From positions 84,320,001-84,384,000 of the forward strand of contig OZ024746.1 in assembly GCA_964016885.1 (NCBI GenBank): a stretch of 64,000 nucleotides of DNA. Direction: 5' to 3'. The notes under the pieces are model-generated. The model was given only the letters and a program-made list of their open reading frames with translations, did not search any database and was not told where the DNA came from. A program made the translations under genes and the position numbers. Source of the stretch: Eledone cirrhosa (lineage: Eukaryota). Positions 26,691-41,003 of the stretch are shown piece after piece. Every line of letters starts with the position of its first letter. Within the stretch, counting starts at the first letter, position 1.

Positions 26691-29126
26691 TGTACTTAGA
26701 CTAGGTTCAATAAAATTATTTTATCTTTGTTTTCTCAGTCACGTTGGAACAACTATTGATCCTATCATGGTATCTAGAAACTAATTGCCGGAACGTATTT
26801 TGATAAATGTGTTTAAATGCTAAGGTTGTGTTTTTATTTTTCAGAAGTAAGAGAGTAATGTCACCAAAAATTGAGTACTCTCTCCTATATGATTATAGTG
26901 AGTCCGTGTATATCTAATTGGTATAAATTTGATGAATGTTAATTAATAAATGTCTTCATTACTAGTACACAAAACAAACATAATAAAACAAAACAGAAGA
27001 AAGATAAAAAAAACTTTGGACATCAAGAGCTAGATATTAGCTATATGATTCATATACCTCAACACATATCCATAGTTGATTGCAATGGTTGTAAACGTAC
27101 TTGAAAACTAACTGCCGAAAAAAGAGCCGATTTTCAAAATTATCTTGCTATGTCTAAAAGTTAGGCTTGCAGAAGAAGAAACAACATTAAATAAAACAAA
27201 TCTTTATTTCGTATTGGTCATTACCGTATTTATGCGTGTGTAAAGCGAATAAATGTTTATACCGGAATTAAAGATCAAAGTTGGGTGAAGTGACATTATA
27301 CACGAGGTTAATAATATTTACAGAAAAAAAAATCTATTTGGCCAGCAACACCGATCTTTCATATTACCAAGATTAGGCTGCTGCTGCTGCCTTTGTTACT
27401 TGAATTCTCTCTATAGTTCAATAATAACTCAACACATATTATATATTAATTTATTTTAATAAAGATTTATTTAACGTTTAATTTAAAATATATATATGCT
27501 ACCATTGGTTATTATTATTTATTTTTATATTTTTAAAACTATGAATTTGTTCTGTATATGTATGTGTTCTTTTATTTTTAGTAATCAATATGTCAAAAAA
27601 AAAAAAGACTGGAACATTTAAATTGAGATCATAGAGAATATATGTTTATTTAAAAGGTCACTTTTAAACAGATTTATCAATGCCTTGGTAAGTTGTGATG
27701 TTGTATTTTTCATGAGTGTGATATTTGTAACTATTTTGTCACTATTTAAACTGTGGATTGCATTATTCACATAATCTTTTTGTACAGGCATAAAACATGA
27801 TATCTACCTTAAACTAACTGAATTCATTTCTTTCACCTAATATAAGAGACTAAGAATCAATCTAGGAAACATAAGAAGTTAGCGATCCTATTTTGATCTC
27901 AAATTATTGCCTCATTGATTCTGACTTGTTGCTAATGTCTTTGATGAAAACATGAACGCAATAAATTCCCATCTACTCTCTCACAAGGCGTTTTGTACCT
28001 AAAAGAGTGAAGTAATTTTTTTTTCTTTGACACTTTTAAGGCACTGTAGAGAAATATAAATAAAATATACAGCGAACAGAGTTTCGGATTTGGGTCTCAG
28101 TCATTTCTCATTACTTACTCTGTCAAAGTCCTTCAAAAAGTCATAAACGTAAAAACAAAATCCCATTTATCAGGTCGTCATTAAGTATAAAATATCCGAT
28201 TTCAAATTGAAAGTGCTTAGGAAATCGGACATTACATACTTGAGGATGTAATATTAGTTTTTCCTTCCGTAAAATTGTAAGGTATTTCTTCTGTCAGAAA
28301 CAAAAGAGAGGGGTGTTGAGTAAGATTTAAGGATCTACGCTCATGCCCGAGTTGGTAATACTGGAGCATTTCAATATACTGATGGGCTTCCGTACAAGTG
28401 GTTATAATGTACCCCTCCAGAAAATCATATAAAGAAGGAAGGGTGGAAAGAAATGTTCAATGTAAAGATGCATCCCGTTATCTCAATGAATATGCTAATT
28501 ATACACCTCCGGAAATAATGAAAAGAATGTACGAATGAAATACTCAAATTGACGTAATCAATTCTAGATCCCGTGAGAAATTGGCCTTGTGCCAAAGTAA
28601 GAATCCATTGTTTAAAAAATCTTTTAATAATTTTTAGAGGAATAAGACACTACATATATTCTGCATGTATGGATTTAATCCATACATGCAGAAAATTAAT
28701 AAAGAAAATAGACAAAATAATGGAGCTTTGTTTTGTTGCCGGTTTTCTTTTTTTCGCTTTCTAAATGTTATTCTTTATTATTCTAGATATATTTTGTTCA
28801 TGCCTCTCAATGTTCTAATCGATTATCTATTTCGGATTGGATTTGAGTGTAATTCAAAAATCTTTCTTTTTATGCTCATATTTGTGCATATATGTGTGTG
28901 TATATGAATGTGTTTTATGTGTGTATGTATATGTACATATATATATATGTATATTTAAAAGGGTGTGTAAGTATATATATAGATATATATATGCATATAT
29001 ATGTACATTTAAATATGTATGTATATATATATTTGTGTGTGTGTGTGCATTCATATACATATATATATATATATATATGTACATTTAAATATGTATGTAT
29101 ATATATATTTGTGTGTGTGTGAATTC

Positions 29127-29177
<51 letters not shown>

Positions 29178-29273
29178 TATATATATATAAACGCACTGTG
29201 AGAGAGAAAGCGAAAAGAATGCAATTAAATATATCTATGTATATATAATGCGTATGTGTGAGTGCGTGTGTAC

Positions 29274-29311
<38 letters not shown>

Positions 29312-29348
29312 ATAAAGAGAGGGAGAGGGGGATATATATATTTATATA

Positions 29349-29419
<71 letters not shown>

Positions 29420-29451
29420 TATGAATACACATATTTATATATACATATATA

Positions 29452-29495
<44 letters not shown>

Positions 29496-29521
29496 TATAT
29501 ATATAAATATGTGTATTCATA

Positions 29522-29567
<46 letters not shown>

Positions 29568-29603
29568 TATGAATACACATATTTATATATACATATATAT
29601 ATT

Positions 29604-29683
<80 letters not shown>

Positions 29684-31108
29684 TAGGGGGCGGTATGCAA
29701 AGAGAGAGAGAGGGAGAGAGAGAAGGGGGTAGAGAGAAGGAGAGAGAGCAAAAGGAATGTGGTTTAATGATTTAAATAAAAAATTCTTCTTTTAAATGTT
29801 TCAACTGCAAAAAAAAAAAGATCCATTTCATAAATAAAAGGTGTACAGTATGGTAACTCTTTGTTCAGGCCCATATACCAACTGAAATATTCAATATTAT
29901 TCAGGATTTTCACCCACAGCCCATTAGATGTATAAATGACTAGTTTCGTATTTAAATCATATTTTCAAATATGGTGAAATAGTGAATTGAATAAATAAAT
30001 ATATTACTTTGAAATCATGTAGTTTAATGCAATTTCTATGTAACTAAAGTCATGTATGATATTATTTAGAAGCATTCAAGCGATGAAATTTTAACAAATT
30101 TGAATATCAAAACAAAGCTTCTAAATAATATCATTGTATAATATATGATCAAAAGATAGTTAAAAGAGTTCCATGTATTTTATTATGCGTATTTCAAAAA
30201 CAAATATCATCATGGGATGATACTTGCGTTCTCATCAGATAATATAGGGAGACATGATATGAAGTTTAAAAAACACTTGCGAGCAGTGAAGTCTTAAATC
30301 TACATATGAAAAATAAAATAAGATGGATATATGAGATTGGGGGAAAAAAAAAAAAAAAAAAAGAAGGAAGGGGGAAGGAAAGGCAAGGAAGAGGAAGAAA
30401 AAAAATAAAGGATGACGGGGGAGGAGTATAAGAAGGAAGGATGAGAAATGAGTGAGAGAGAGAGATAGCCTTTAATACTGAGAAACACTGTCTCACAGAG
30501 AGAAATTAAATAAACCGTTTAAAGATAATACATAATTTTAAAAAAAAAATTTAAAATTAAAAGTTAATGAGGTTTATGAATGGTGATGTTTATGATTAAA
30601 GAAAAGGGAATTAAGAATAGTATTTATTTAAGGTTTATATAAGGTTTATATAAGGTTTATATTGAGGGGTTTAATAATATGTGCGAAAAAGAATTTATTA
30701 ATATGTATTATTAAAATAAAAATATTAAGGAGATAAGGTGAATGAAGATGAAATTAAATGAATTATGAACTTAGAGGAATTAGTTAGGGTCTAAGTTTGT
30801 TTCTATGTATTGTAATATGAAAAAGTAAATAATAGGTTTAATACGAGTACGGAAGGAGAGAAGAAAGAAGAAAATTTAAGGAAGAAAAAATATATAACGT
30901 CAAAAAAATATGTTTACAAAATTTACTAATGGTAATTGTTTCTACTTTAGGCACAAGGCCAGCAATTACCCAGTGCATTACTGGTACTTTATTTTATCGA
31001 CCCTGTAATATTAGTATATATTAAAAATATAGTTTGTATGGCCGATATTTGTATCCGATATTTGCATTGCTTTATTGTGCTACAATAAAACTCACCTCCT
31101 ATATTATA

Positions 31109-31162
<54 letters not shown>

Positions 31163-31318
31163 AAAAAGTATGACCCCGACGCCAAAGCTCAAGCCGTTTC
31201 GACGGCTATTTCTGGACTCCTATTTCCCACTCTACTACCCTAAGTATTGAGTACTCTGGTGCGTTATGGTCCATCTGGTTCCTTACCACATTTCCTTTGT
31301 TATATATATATATATATA

Positions 31319-31530
31319 GTAATAATAATAATAAATTTGAAGACTAAAATCCAAAGAGGGCTCGATAAGGATATATCAAATATATAAGAACCGTAGAGCA
31401 AATATTTATTAAAATAACAGATTAAAGTTTAAGGAAAGAATCGCTGCTTTCACCCTTAACGGGATCTTCTGAAGATCCCGTTAAGGGTGAAAGCAGCGAT
31501 TCTTTGCTTAAACTTTAATCTGTTATTTTA

Positions 31531-31533
<3 letters not shown>
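31319..31533. mobile_element. 127-bp palindrome plus left tail, in (TA)n; family copies at 32371-32540 and 56768-56839
   Basis: 31407-31533 is palindromic about 31470 with one mismatch. The tail 31319-31406 is shared with 32371-32455. Confidence 0.85.
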
Positions 31534-31561
<28 letters not shown>

Positions 31562-31701
31562 TAAACAAATAATGAATAAAACAATGAAACAGTTCCTTAT
31601 ATTAAACAAAAAAAGTTCATTATTTAACGATCGTTTCTAGGATATATATGTGTTAGAATTGGCATGCATGTTCACTACCGTAAACTCTTGGTAGATTTAT
31701 C

Positions 31702-31739
<38 letters not shown>

Positions 31740-32104
31740 GTTACAGCCATATATATATATATATGGCTTTTTAGTACTGCTGGGGACTTGTCTATGGCCA
31801 GCAATGCGATGCGTCGCAAAAATGTCACATATCAAGTGATGCCTGTGCTTGAAGCCTTTTTAGAGCCCAATCTCACTCTCTGTATATCGAATGCATTTAC
31901 CCAAAGAGTAGAACGAGCCTACATCATTGGATGCAAACGAAGTCGTAGGTTTTATATCAGAGTGACTTTCTTCTGGAGAGATGACTTAATGTCTAGGACT
32001 AGGAGTCTCTCGCTCCACAAAAAATATACTTTATTGGATGGCCGTTGACTTTCCTGAGCTCCTCCGCCCTTGGATATATTGATAATTTAAATGTATGTCC
32101 GCGT

Positions 32105-32162
<58 letters not shown>

Positions 32163-32543
32163 AACATTTAATAACTAACGATCGTTTCATCCTAGCACAA
32201 ACGATCGTTACAAATTAAATGTTTGAAAGCTTAAACACTCTTTGATTATTATTTACATTGTATTTCGGCTCTGTATTATACTTATTATATTACATTGAGC
32301 TATATTCATACTTGTAACTGGGTAATATTTAATATTACTCACCATATATATATATATATATAGTTTTATAGTAATAATAATAAATTTGAAGACTAAAATC
32401 CAGAGGGCTCGATAAGGATAAATATATATCAAATATATAAGAACCCTAGAGCAAATATTTATTAAAATAACAGATTAAAGTTTAAGCAAAGAATCGGTGA
32501 TTTTCTGCTTAAACTTTAATCTGTTATTTTAATAAATATATAG

Positions 32544-32598
<55 letters not shown>

Positions 32599-33589
32599 TA
32601 AATGTGAAGGTGGGTTTGTGGAATTACATAATTATATCCCATATAAATGGTGGATGGATGCATACTACCGACGTGGAGTGCACCAATCTGTTTACACTAT
32701 AATTTGTTGATTGAAATGAGGCACACGAAACTCTCAGAAATAATATATATGAGCTCTAAGTAACAAAGAATAAAACGTTGCTGCGTCTTTGACCGGAAAA
32801 ATGCGACTACTTTCGCTAGAGTTAAAGCTAATATTTACCCTCATGAACAAATAGATTACGCAAATGGCAGTTTTCATTGTCGCAGACAAGCCTGATTGTG
32901 CAACCACCCAACATTCTCGAATGAAAAGAAACACGGTTTAATACTGAGCAACAATTGCAACGAGCTTATTTTTTTTTTAATAAGTTTGTACATAGCCTAC
33001 TCCACCCTCTCCTCCTTTTTGTAGGCAGTACCGGTGCACAGAGTGTCACATACTGATCACAAATGGGTTCATGCTAAGGAAGATAGGAATACAAAAGTCG
33101 GTTTGATGTTGATCTCCCTTGTTGTCGGTGTAAAGTTCGACATGACGTAGTTTGTCCAATAATACCAAACATTCGCCTAAGTGGATCATTGATACAAATT
33201 GGAATACATAAAATAACATATGTATGCTATTGCTATTGATATTCAGCTGTTTTCGATCTATTACTGGACGACGCTCTAACAATTCCGCTAATTCATCACC
33301 TTGTTATATACTTTACTTATCGGTTCCGAAAAAAATGAAAAGTAAAGTTAACCTCGGCGTGATCTGAATTCAGGAACAGAATGCTGAAACTATTACCATA
33401 AGGAGTTCTATCTTATATTTTTACGGACTCTCCGATCTTGCCTTCGGACCTTGTATCGCCGTTATAAATTAATATAATTCAAAATTATAAATTCGCAGTT
33501 GAGCGAATGATTAAATGGCGACTGAGGTAAAGAAAAGTTGTCGTTGTTCGAACTATTCATTGAACAGTTGAGAATTCATTATTTTATAA

Positions 33590-33805
33590 GCGGATTGGTA
33601 GAATCGGTAGAGCGTCGAACAACATGCTTAGCGGCATAGAGTTACGGCCCTTTATGGCCTGAGTTCAAATCCCGCCGAGGTTAACTTTGCCTTTCATCCT
33701 TACGAGGTCGATAAAATAAAGTAGCAGTAATACACTGAATTAATTTACTCGATTTTCCCCTCCCCCAAAATTGCTGGCCTTGTGCCTATAGTGGAACTCA
33801 TCTTA
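33590..33805 (+). mobile_element. SINE family A, near full length
   Basis: A-box-like ggattggtagaatcggtagagcg, B-box gagttcaaatccc, core and 3' end. Further degenerate copies or fragments at about 290-520, 22720-22925, 23825-23950, 24857-24918(-), 26055-26260, 30933-31003(-), 33310-33430(-), 34520-34680, 36215-36300, 36693-36762(-) and 37855-38250. Confidence 0.85.
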
Positions 33806-36109
33806 TAAGTGGCATTACGTTATGTCTATAGATCTATACACTTATAACACAATAAGCCATTCTATTTATAAAGCTAAATATATGATTTAAACACTTACAC
33901 TCAATTACACCGTCTATTTATAAGACTATATTTGTGACCTATACACTTATCCCTCAATAAGCCAGTCGATTCATAAAGCTAGGTTCAATGCGAATAAAAT
34001 GTAATCCTGATGTAATATAGTGGTCATCCTTTACAACACAACTGTCTACCCCCAGCCCAATAAACCAAACACATGGGGGTGCATTAAATCAGTACCAAAA
34101 ACCGAACCGAGAGGTCAGCAGTTCGTATCTTGTCCAATCCTCAACTTTTTGTCTCATAGTCAAATATGTTACCTCTTAAATAGTCCAGTACACCTAGATA
34201 TAAATAGATTCTGTAACTCACAGCGGCGACACTGAACAATTTGTCACGGTACGTTTCGTCATACTTGGCAGAGCAGATTTCAACTCCTCTTTTGGATATA
34301 GCCTGAAACGAAACAGGTTCCATTCACAATTCAGGCTTAACTACCGTAATATTTATTTGTACGATGACGAAATCATCCGGAAATACGGAAAAGCAATAAT
34401 TAAACCATGAAGAAAGGCGAACGGAAATTTTTTATAAGGCAGTCCATTACTGTACCTATTTCAACAAACCCACCGCTGCGTCTTATAATACTGGTAAATT
34501 AATCCTTTTGAAATGATATTTCGGCTGTCTACGTTCTCAGTTCAAATCCCACCGAGATCAACTTTGCCTTTCATCTTTCTGGGTTCGATAAAATAAAATA
34601 GCAGTAACTCACTGGATCCTTTTAATCGACTTTTCCCTTCCCTTCAAATCACTGGCCTTTGCCAAAAGTAGAATAATTATTAATCCGGTGTTCGAAACAT
34701 AATAAAGTTCTTACGTAAAATTGTAATTTTAGATAAATATAAATATTTTAAAACAAAGAACCTTGTGTCATAAACCAGGAGTGGTTTCGGGAGGTTTGAT
34801 ATAGAAACGGTTAATAACGAACCAATGAAAGAAGGAACCTTTCTGCAGTTATTCGATTCGCTATATAAAAAAAAAGCAGCCAAATCTCCCTCAAAGCATG
34901 TACTGTCTCGTACATAAGAACACACTGAATAATATAACCCAAGATACACAATACTCGTCGTCGAAACTTGTGGATGACACTTCATTCCCAAAAATATGAT
35001 GTGGTGGTCACGGCTAGAAAGCCTTTGATTATAGATTTACTCAATCCAAACAACAACATCAACTGGTTAATAACAGTATAGTTCCTCATCAAGCTACTAA
35101 AAGTCATCTAGTTTTAAAACATTTAGATTTAAGGGTAAATGTCAGTTCGTGGAGACCAAAAATAGAAACCGTTTTCAATTTTAATTTTCTCTCCTGAATC
35201 CAAGATTACACGATAATTCTACGCAGTATGTAAAAAATAAAATCGATAAACCTTATAAACCACGTGTCATGTAGCACGTGATATCGACCGCCGCTCTGTT
35301 CCGTACCTGCCGAATAACAAATACATTGGAAGATCCATCCAACAACATGAAAAAAAAATTTAGAAACACTACGCTTTGCAAGGAGGATTTCCCCTTTTGT
35401 TCTATGTTGTTGTTGCTTTGTATTGTTTTTATTTGGTTGGATTTCTTTACAAAGAGAAAGAGAGAGTGTGTGTGTGTATTTGTTTGAGAGAGAGAGAGGT
35501 AGAGATAGAGAGAGACGGGGGAGAGGGAGATAGAGAGAAAGGGTGAGTTCTGACATTTTAAACCAGCTGGGGTAGGGGAGATAACTCAATTTACACGGAA
35601 ATGGAAAACTGTTATTTCGTTCTATTAATAGAAGCCCAATTCAATCTCAACTACTACAACTGCTGCTACCCAACCGCTTTAAACAATGATAAAAGTACAA
35701 CCACCATTACTATCGACAGCCGTACCACTACCACCATAACTATCACAATTACCATTTACACAGTGTTCATCACTACCACCACCGCTACCACCACCAATAC
35801 AGTTATCATTATCGGTGGTGCTGACAACTAACACATATACTAGACTAGTTTTAACATTAACAACCGTTAAATTGAAAAATATCTCTACTACCACCTACAC
35901 ATCAACCGATCACAACTACTACTACTACTACTACTACTACGATTACTACAACAACTACTACTACTATTACTATTACTACAACAACAGCTACTACTACTAC
36001 TTCCTACCTACCTATCTACCTACCTACCAACCTACCGACCAACCTACCACCCTACCTATCCACCTACCTACCTACTTACTTACCTACCTTTCTACCTGTA
36101 ACAACAACG

Positions 36110-37330
36110 GAACATCTATGTAGTCACTCGACCTGCTAGAAATAGCAACTAAATGTCCCATATATTATACTGTCTTAAATCACACTATAAGGCGACGACT
36201 TCGTCAAGTTGTTTGGGTGCTCTGATTTCAAAACCCACTGATGTCAACTTTGCCTTTCATCCTTTCTAGGTTGATAAATAAAGTACCAGTCCAATACTAG
36301 TGTTAATTCTTCCTATTTCTATATTTATAATTTTCTTTCTTTCTCTGGAAGGAATTAGCTGTGTTCGGACCTGGAGAGAAATGGGCTCCATCAGGTTTTA
36401 AATGTCCAAGATGACGCGCCTACGACTTCTTCAGCAGTTAAAGGACCTTTACCGAAACCAGACCATACCGTCTTTTAATTTAATTTTTAAAAACGCTTTA
36501 GATAATGTTGTTCTACATATACAGAGGGGGTAGTCAAATCTGGAATATTCTACATATACAGAGGGGGTAGTCAAAACTGGAATATTCTACATATACAGAG
36601 GGGGTAGTCAAAACTGGAATACTTTTGATCATAGGTTCACTGGATGTCAAGGTTGACCTGAGGCTAAACACCATCTAGAATACCATAACCCAATAATTGT
36701 TTCTACGTTAGGCACAAGGCCAGCAATTACCCAGTGCATTACTGGTACTTTATTTTATCGACAATAATGATTACCTACACTATATGCCTAACAATCAGTC
36801 GTTAATCCTGCTAGAAATAACAGTCTAATCTCCCTCCAATTACATCTTACCATCTTACAATCAACCACCGATAACATCCACCAACACTACTACGATGACC
36901 ATCACCACAAGAAGCCACCGGAGAAGCCTCTCTGTGGTCGCTCAAACTCCTAGAAATAGCAGCCAAATGGCCTTTAAATTACACCATCTTAGAAAAGTAG
37001 AAAAATGGGTAATGTAGTCCTTGGTTACCTACACATAGGGAACAGACCGGGTGATTACGACTGGAATGTCTTTTACTATAGATCTTACCGATCAAGACTG
37101 ACCTGGATCTAAACAACAACAAATTGAACGCCACTTTATAAGCCAAAAAGAGAGCCATGGTCTGCTAGAAATAGCAAGCAAATCTAAATCAAATCACTCA
37201 TTTCCGTCTTAGAAAAGAAGTCAAAATATGACATTGGCTAACATGGCTTTGAGGAAAAGACGGGACTGTCATATTTGGAATGCTTTTGGTCATAAGTCTT
37301 CTCGAACGGGGCTGGTGAACACTGCAACTA
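36110..37330 (+). mobile_element. Cluster of SINE-like family B copies with (CAA)n tail
   Basis: Recurrent gtcactcgacctgctagaaatagcagccaaat...ctggaatgc.tttgatcatag...gctgacctgg.gctaaacaacaac. Other copies at about 5290-5505, 20385-20600, 23400-23610, 34840-35060, 41480-41600(-), 52520-52650, 58310-58620, 59405-59555 and 63450-63700(-). Confidence 0.75.
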
Positions 37331-38689
37331 CTACCACTAATACGACAACCATCCACCAACATGCAACCATTACCAACACTACAACTACTACTAACACCAG
37401 AATTACAAGTAATATGCTACAATTAATACTACAACTGCCACTACGATCCCATCAGTGCTACTATCAACTGTTTGGTCCCAAAACAATCCATTAATCTTTT
37501 TTTTAACTAGTTTTATGCATATCGATTTAAAATTGCCCTGAATAAGAAAATTGTAAAATGCTTTCCAGGAAGTTGTATGATGTACAATTTGAACTTGAGA
37601 TCATTAGAATTGTTAATAAGTAACTACGCCATATATATTACATCAGCTATATCGACCTGATGAAGGTTTGATCTACAAAGATATTCATTACTTAGCCATT
37701 AATTATAAGTATCAAATCCAATTTACTTAATTGTTGAGGTATCTCTAAGAACTTCATCTCTAAATAAATCGTATAAATATGACTTAACAAAGACCCTAAC
37801 GATGTAAGAGAACCGAAATAATTTGTGGATTCGTTATATTATCATTAACAGTTGTGGATTAACAGAGCAAGGTACAAAAAGCCTTCCGATATTCATGTGT
37901 GTCTTTTTGAGTTCTGATTCAAATCTCGCCGGGGTCGGTTTTTGCTTTTCATTCTTACGAGATCAATAAAATAGCTAGCAGTTAAGGATCATACCTTTCC
38001 CTGAAGGTTTTGGGCCATGTCAGTGTATCTGAAACCAATATTGTTATTGTCTTAAAGGCGGTAAAGTAGCAGAAATGATAAAGCTACTCACTAAATAACT
38101 TACGATGCATTCTTTGACCCTCTACGGTCTGAGTTCATGAATTGCAATTATTTACTTTGCCTTACAGGAAGCGAAATAATAAGTATCAAGCACACATGTA
38201 GTTCAATCGCCATAGTTCTCGTATAGATCTGTGACGTCGTAACAATGTAAGAGGTCAAATGTTTGTTATCTAGAGGTAAGTTCTGGCAAGACTACTGTTT
38301 AGATTTCCTATCAGAGTAGAAGTTAATTCACTTCATTTGTATCGTTCATGGTGATGATAGTGGTAACGAGTATCTCGTGTCACATTATCGAGTCATAAAG
38401 GCATTACTAAAGATTCGATCTTTAAGTATCGATTCAAGGGAGGAATATACTGGGTTTGTTTCATATTACTTTCTCCATGACTATAAGACATGGAACTTAA
38501 TATTGCAAATAAACGAAACACTCAAAATGTTACAGAGTTAATTATACTTCTGAATTATCCAATCGTATATTCTTAGAGTTAGGTAAACTCAACCCTTAAA
38601 AGTTAAAAATATTTGGCGGTGAACCAAAGCAATAGAAGTAACAGGCTTCTTGACTGGCTATCTGGTATCATTCATTCAGATATTTGAGG

Positions 38690-38900
38690 AGGGTGGATAA
38701 GCAGAATCGTTAGAAGGTCGGACAAACTCGTAGCAGTATTTTTCAGGCTTTTTGCGATCTGAGTTCAAATCCCACTGAGGTCAACTTTACATTTCATCCT
38801 TTCGGGATCGATAAGATAAAGTACCAGTCAAGTACTGTGGTCAATTTAATCGGCATTATCCTTCCTAAAATTACTGACCTTGTGCTTAAAGTAGAAATCA
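38690..38900 (+). mobile_element. SINE family A
   Basis: Same head, core and 3' end. Confidence 0.8.
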
Positions 38901-40354
38901 TCAATTCAGTTATCTGCTTTTCTCTCCCTTCCGTCGTTATTGGAGCAACACAGGATCAAAACATGACTAGGAAACACAGAGAACGTTATCTCCGATCAAG
39001 TGGTAAACATAACCGGAGGGTATACTTAATCCGCCGACCGGTATGATGCCACAACTTGTCCCTTGGTTTCAATTAGTAGGTTTCACTCTACTGCAAGCAT
39101 TCACACCAGATCTCCGATCAGAGGATATCCCATGATTTGTATTTTTGTTTGTTCTTTCCTCGAACAGTCTTGGTAACCCTATAAAAATGTAATTGGATCA
39201 GTCTTTTGTACTCTGAATAAGCGATAAAAGGGAACTGCTCTCAACCGGAAAACGTGAAAATTGGAAGAGAATGTTAGTGATAACTTTCACAATTACTTCT
39301 ATGAATATCATTTCTTCCAACTTAAAGTAACTGGAAGATTCCGATAATAGTAGCAACAGAATTACCTAACAAATGCTTGAAAGAATAAGTAACTAGTGAA
39401 AGCTCGATGGTGATAACTTTCCATTTCCTCATTCTCTGTAAATGTGTGATCGAGTGCAATTGTCAGAAATTAATATTAGTGCTGCCTAACTTTTTTTTTT
39501 CTTTTAAAGTTACTGCAATTTAGTTTTATGCCATCAAACTTGCACCGTGGTATATGATGTAGCATCGTTTATCTCCGTTTCGTGAGACTTTTTTCGCAAC
39601 CTCAGAGAAACATAGCTTATCTCCCTTAGTTTTATCAACACATTCTGTTTTAGGCATTAGCTTAGAAACGGTAGATAACACATTTCACCCTAATATCAGG
39701 TAAATAATAACTGATTCTATTAAATAGTATTTTTTAGCTAGGTTTCGTGGAACGGAAGGTGTTCATTGCTTTCGTGGGCCCTCTGAGACCCGTGAGGTGG
39801 ATGCCGTTGACATTCTGCTTAAAATATCGCACGGCGGCAAGAAGAACACCTGTAGAGACAGAATTCTAGAAGAGAGAGAAACTTGGTGTATTAGTTAACG
39901 CAGCGCATGTTGGGTTAGACACAATATGGATAATGAGAGAAAAGGCGAGTGAAGTTGGTGTGAGATCAGCCAGGTTTGAGGAGCAGGGGCAATTATAGTA
40001 GCAGTAGATAACACATTTATCTCACGACACGTCGGTGGGTGTCATAGAATGACTTTATAGATAATGTTTAGGAAACTATTGCTGGCATTATATACATTGC
40101 TACAAGAATAATGTGTTAGATGATGAAGTAAAATATGATAGTCTGGGAGTCAAGTTGAAAGAATCAGAATACAATGTAAACACAATATATAAAGTTAATT
40201 CCTATAATACCGGCTAAAGGAACAACCTTCAGATATGAAAGTTAGCTGCGAATATATTGAATGAGGAATCCAAATCCCAGGTTGTCCCTTGGCAATGCAT
40301 TGTATCTGGTAACCACTCGTAATGAAAATTTGACACCCCATCCATATTATGATG

Positions 40355-41003
40355 GATTGGCAGTATCGGCAGAGAGTCGGAAGCCATGCTTTGCAGCATA
40401 GAGTTACGGCCCTTTATGATCTGAGTTCAAATCCCGCTGAGGTTAACTTTGCCTTTCATCCTTACGGGGTCGGTAAAATAAAGTACCAGTCACCCACAGG
40501 GTCGATTTAATCGACTTTCCCCTACTCCCAAATTACTGGCCTTGTGCCTATATAAGAAACCAGGTTGACTTTGCCTTTCATTCTTACGGGGTCGATAAAA
40601 TAAAGTACCAGTAATGCACTGGGTAATTGCTGGCCTTGTGCCAAAAGTAGAAACAATTATTACTATTACACTCTGCTTAGTACAACCCCAAAATCCATAT
40701 TGGAAACTACACATCGAGTGCTCACTTTGGTGAACCTACAGTAACTTGATGTTACAATTCCTAAACTATGTGTGTGTGTGTGTTATTACAAAATAATAAA
40801 GGTTTCTAATTTTGGATCAAGGCCAGCAATTTTGGAGATGTTGATTACATCGATATCAGTTCTTAAGTAGTACTTTATTTTATCGACCCCGAATTGACGA
40901 AAGGCAAAATTGACGTTGATGGGATTTGAACTCAGAAAGCAAAGGGGCGTAATTAAATACTGCAAAGCATTTTGTCGGATACTCTAATAGTTCTGCCAAT
41001 CCT
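40355..41003. mobile_element. Cluster of SINE family A copies (40355-40665 +, two copies; 40800-41003 -)
   Basis: Repeated core sequence in both orientations. Confidence 0.8.

Noticed and set aside
39735-39850. Possible minus-strand exon after ctgtctctacAG
   Set aside because: The frames close within about 40 codons, there is no recognisable motif or partner exon, and it is probably TE-derived.
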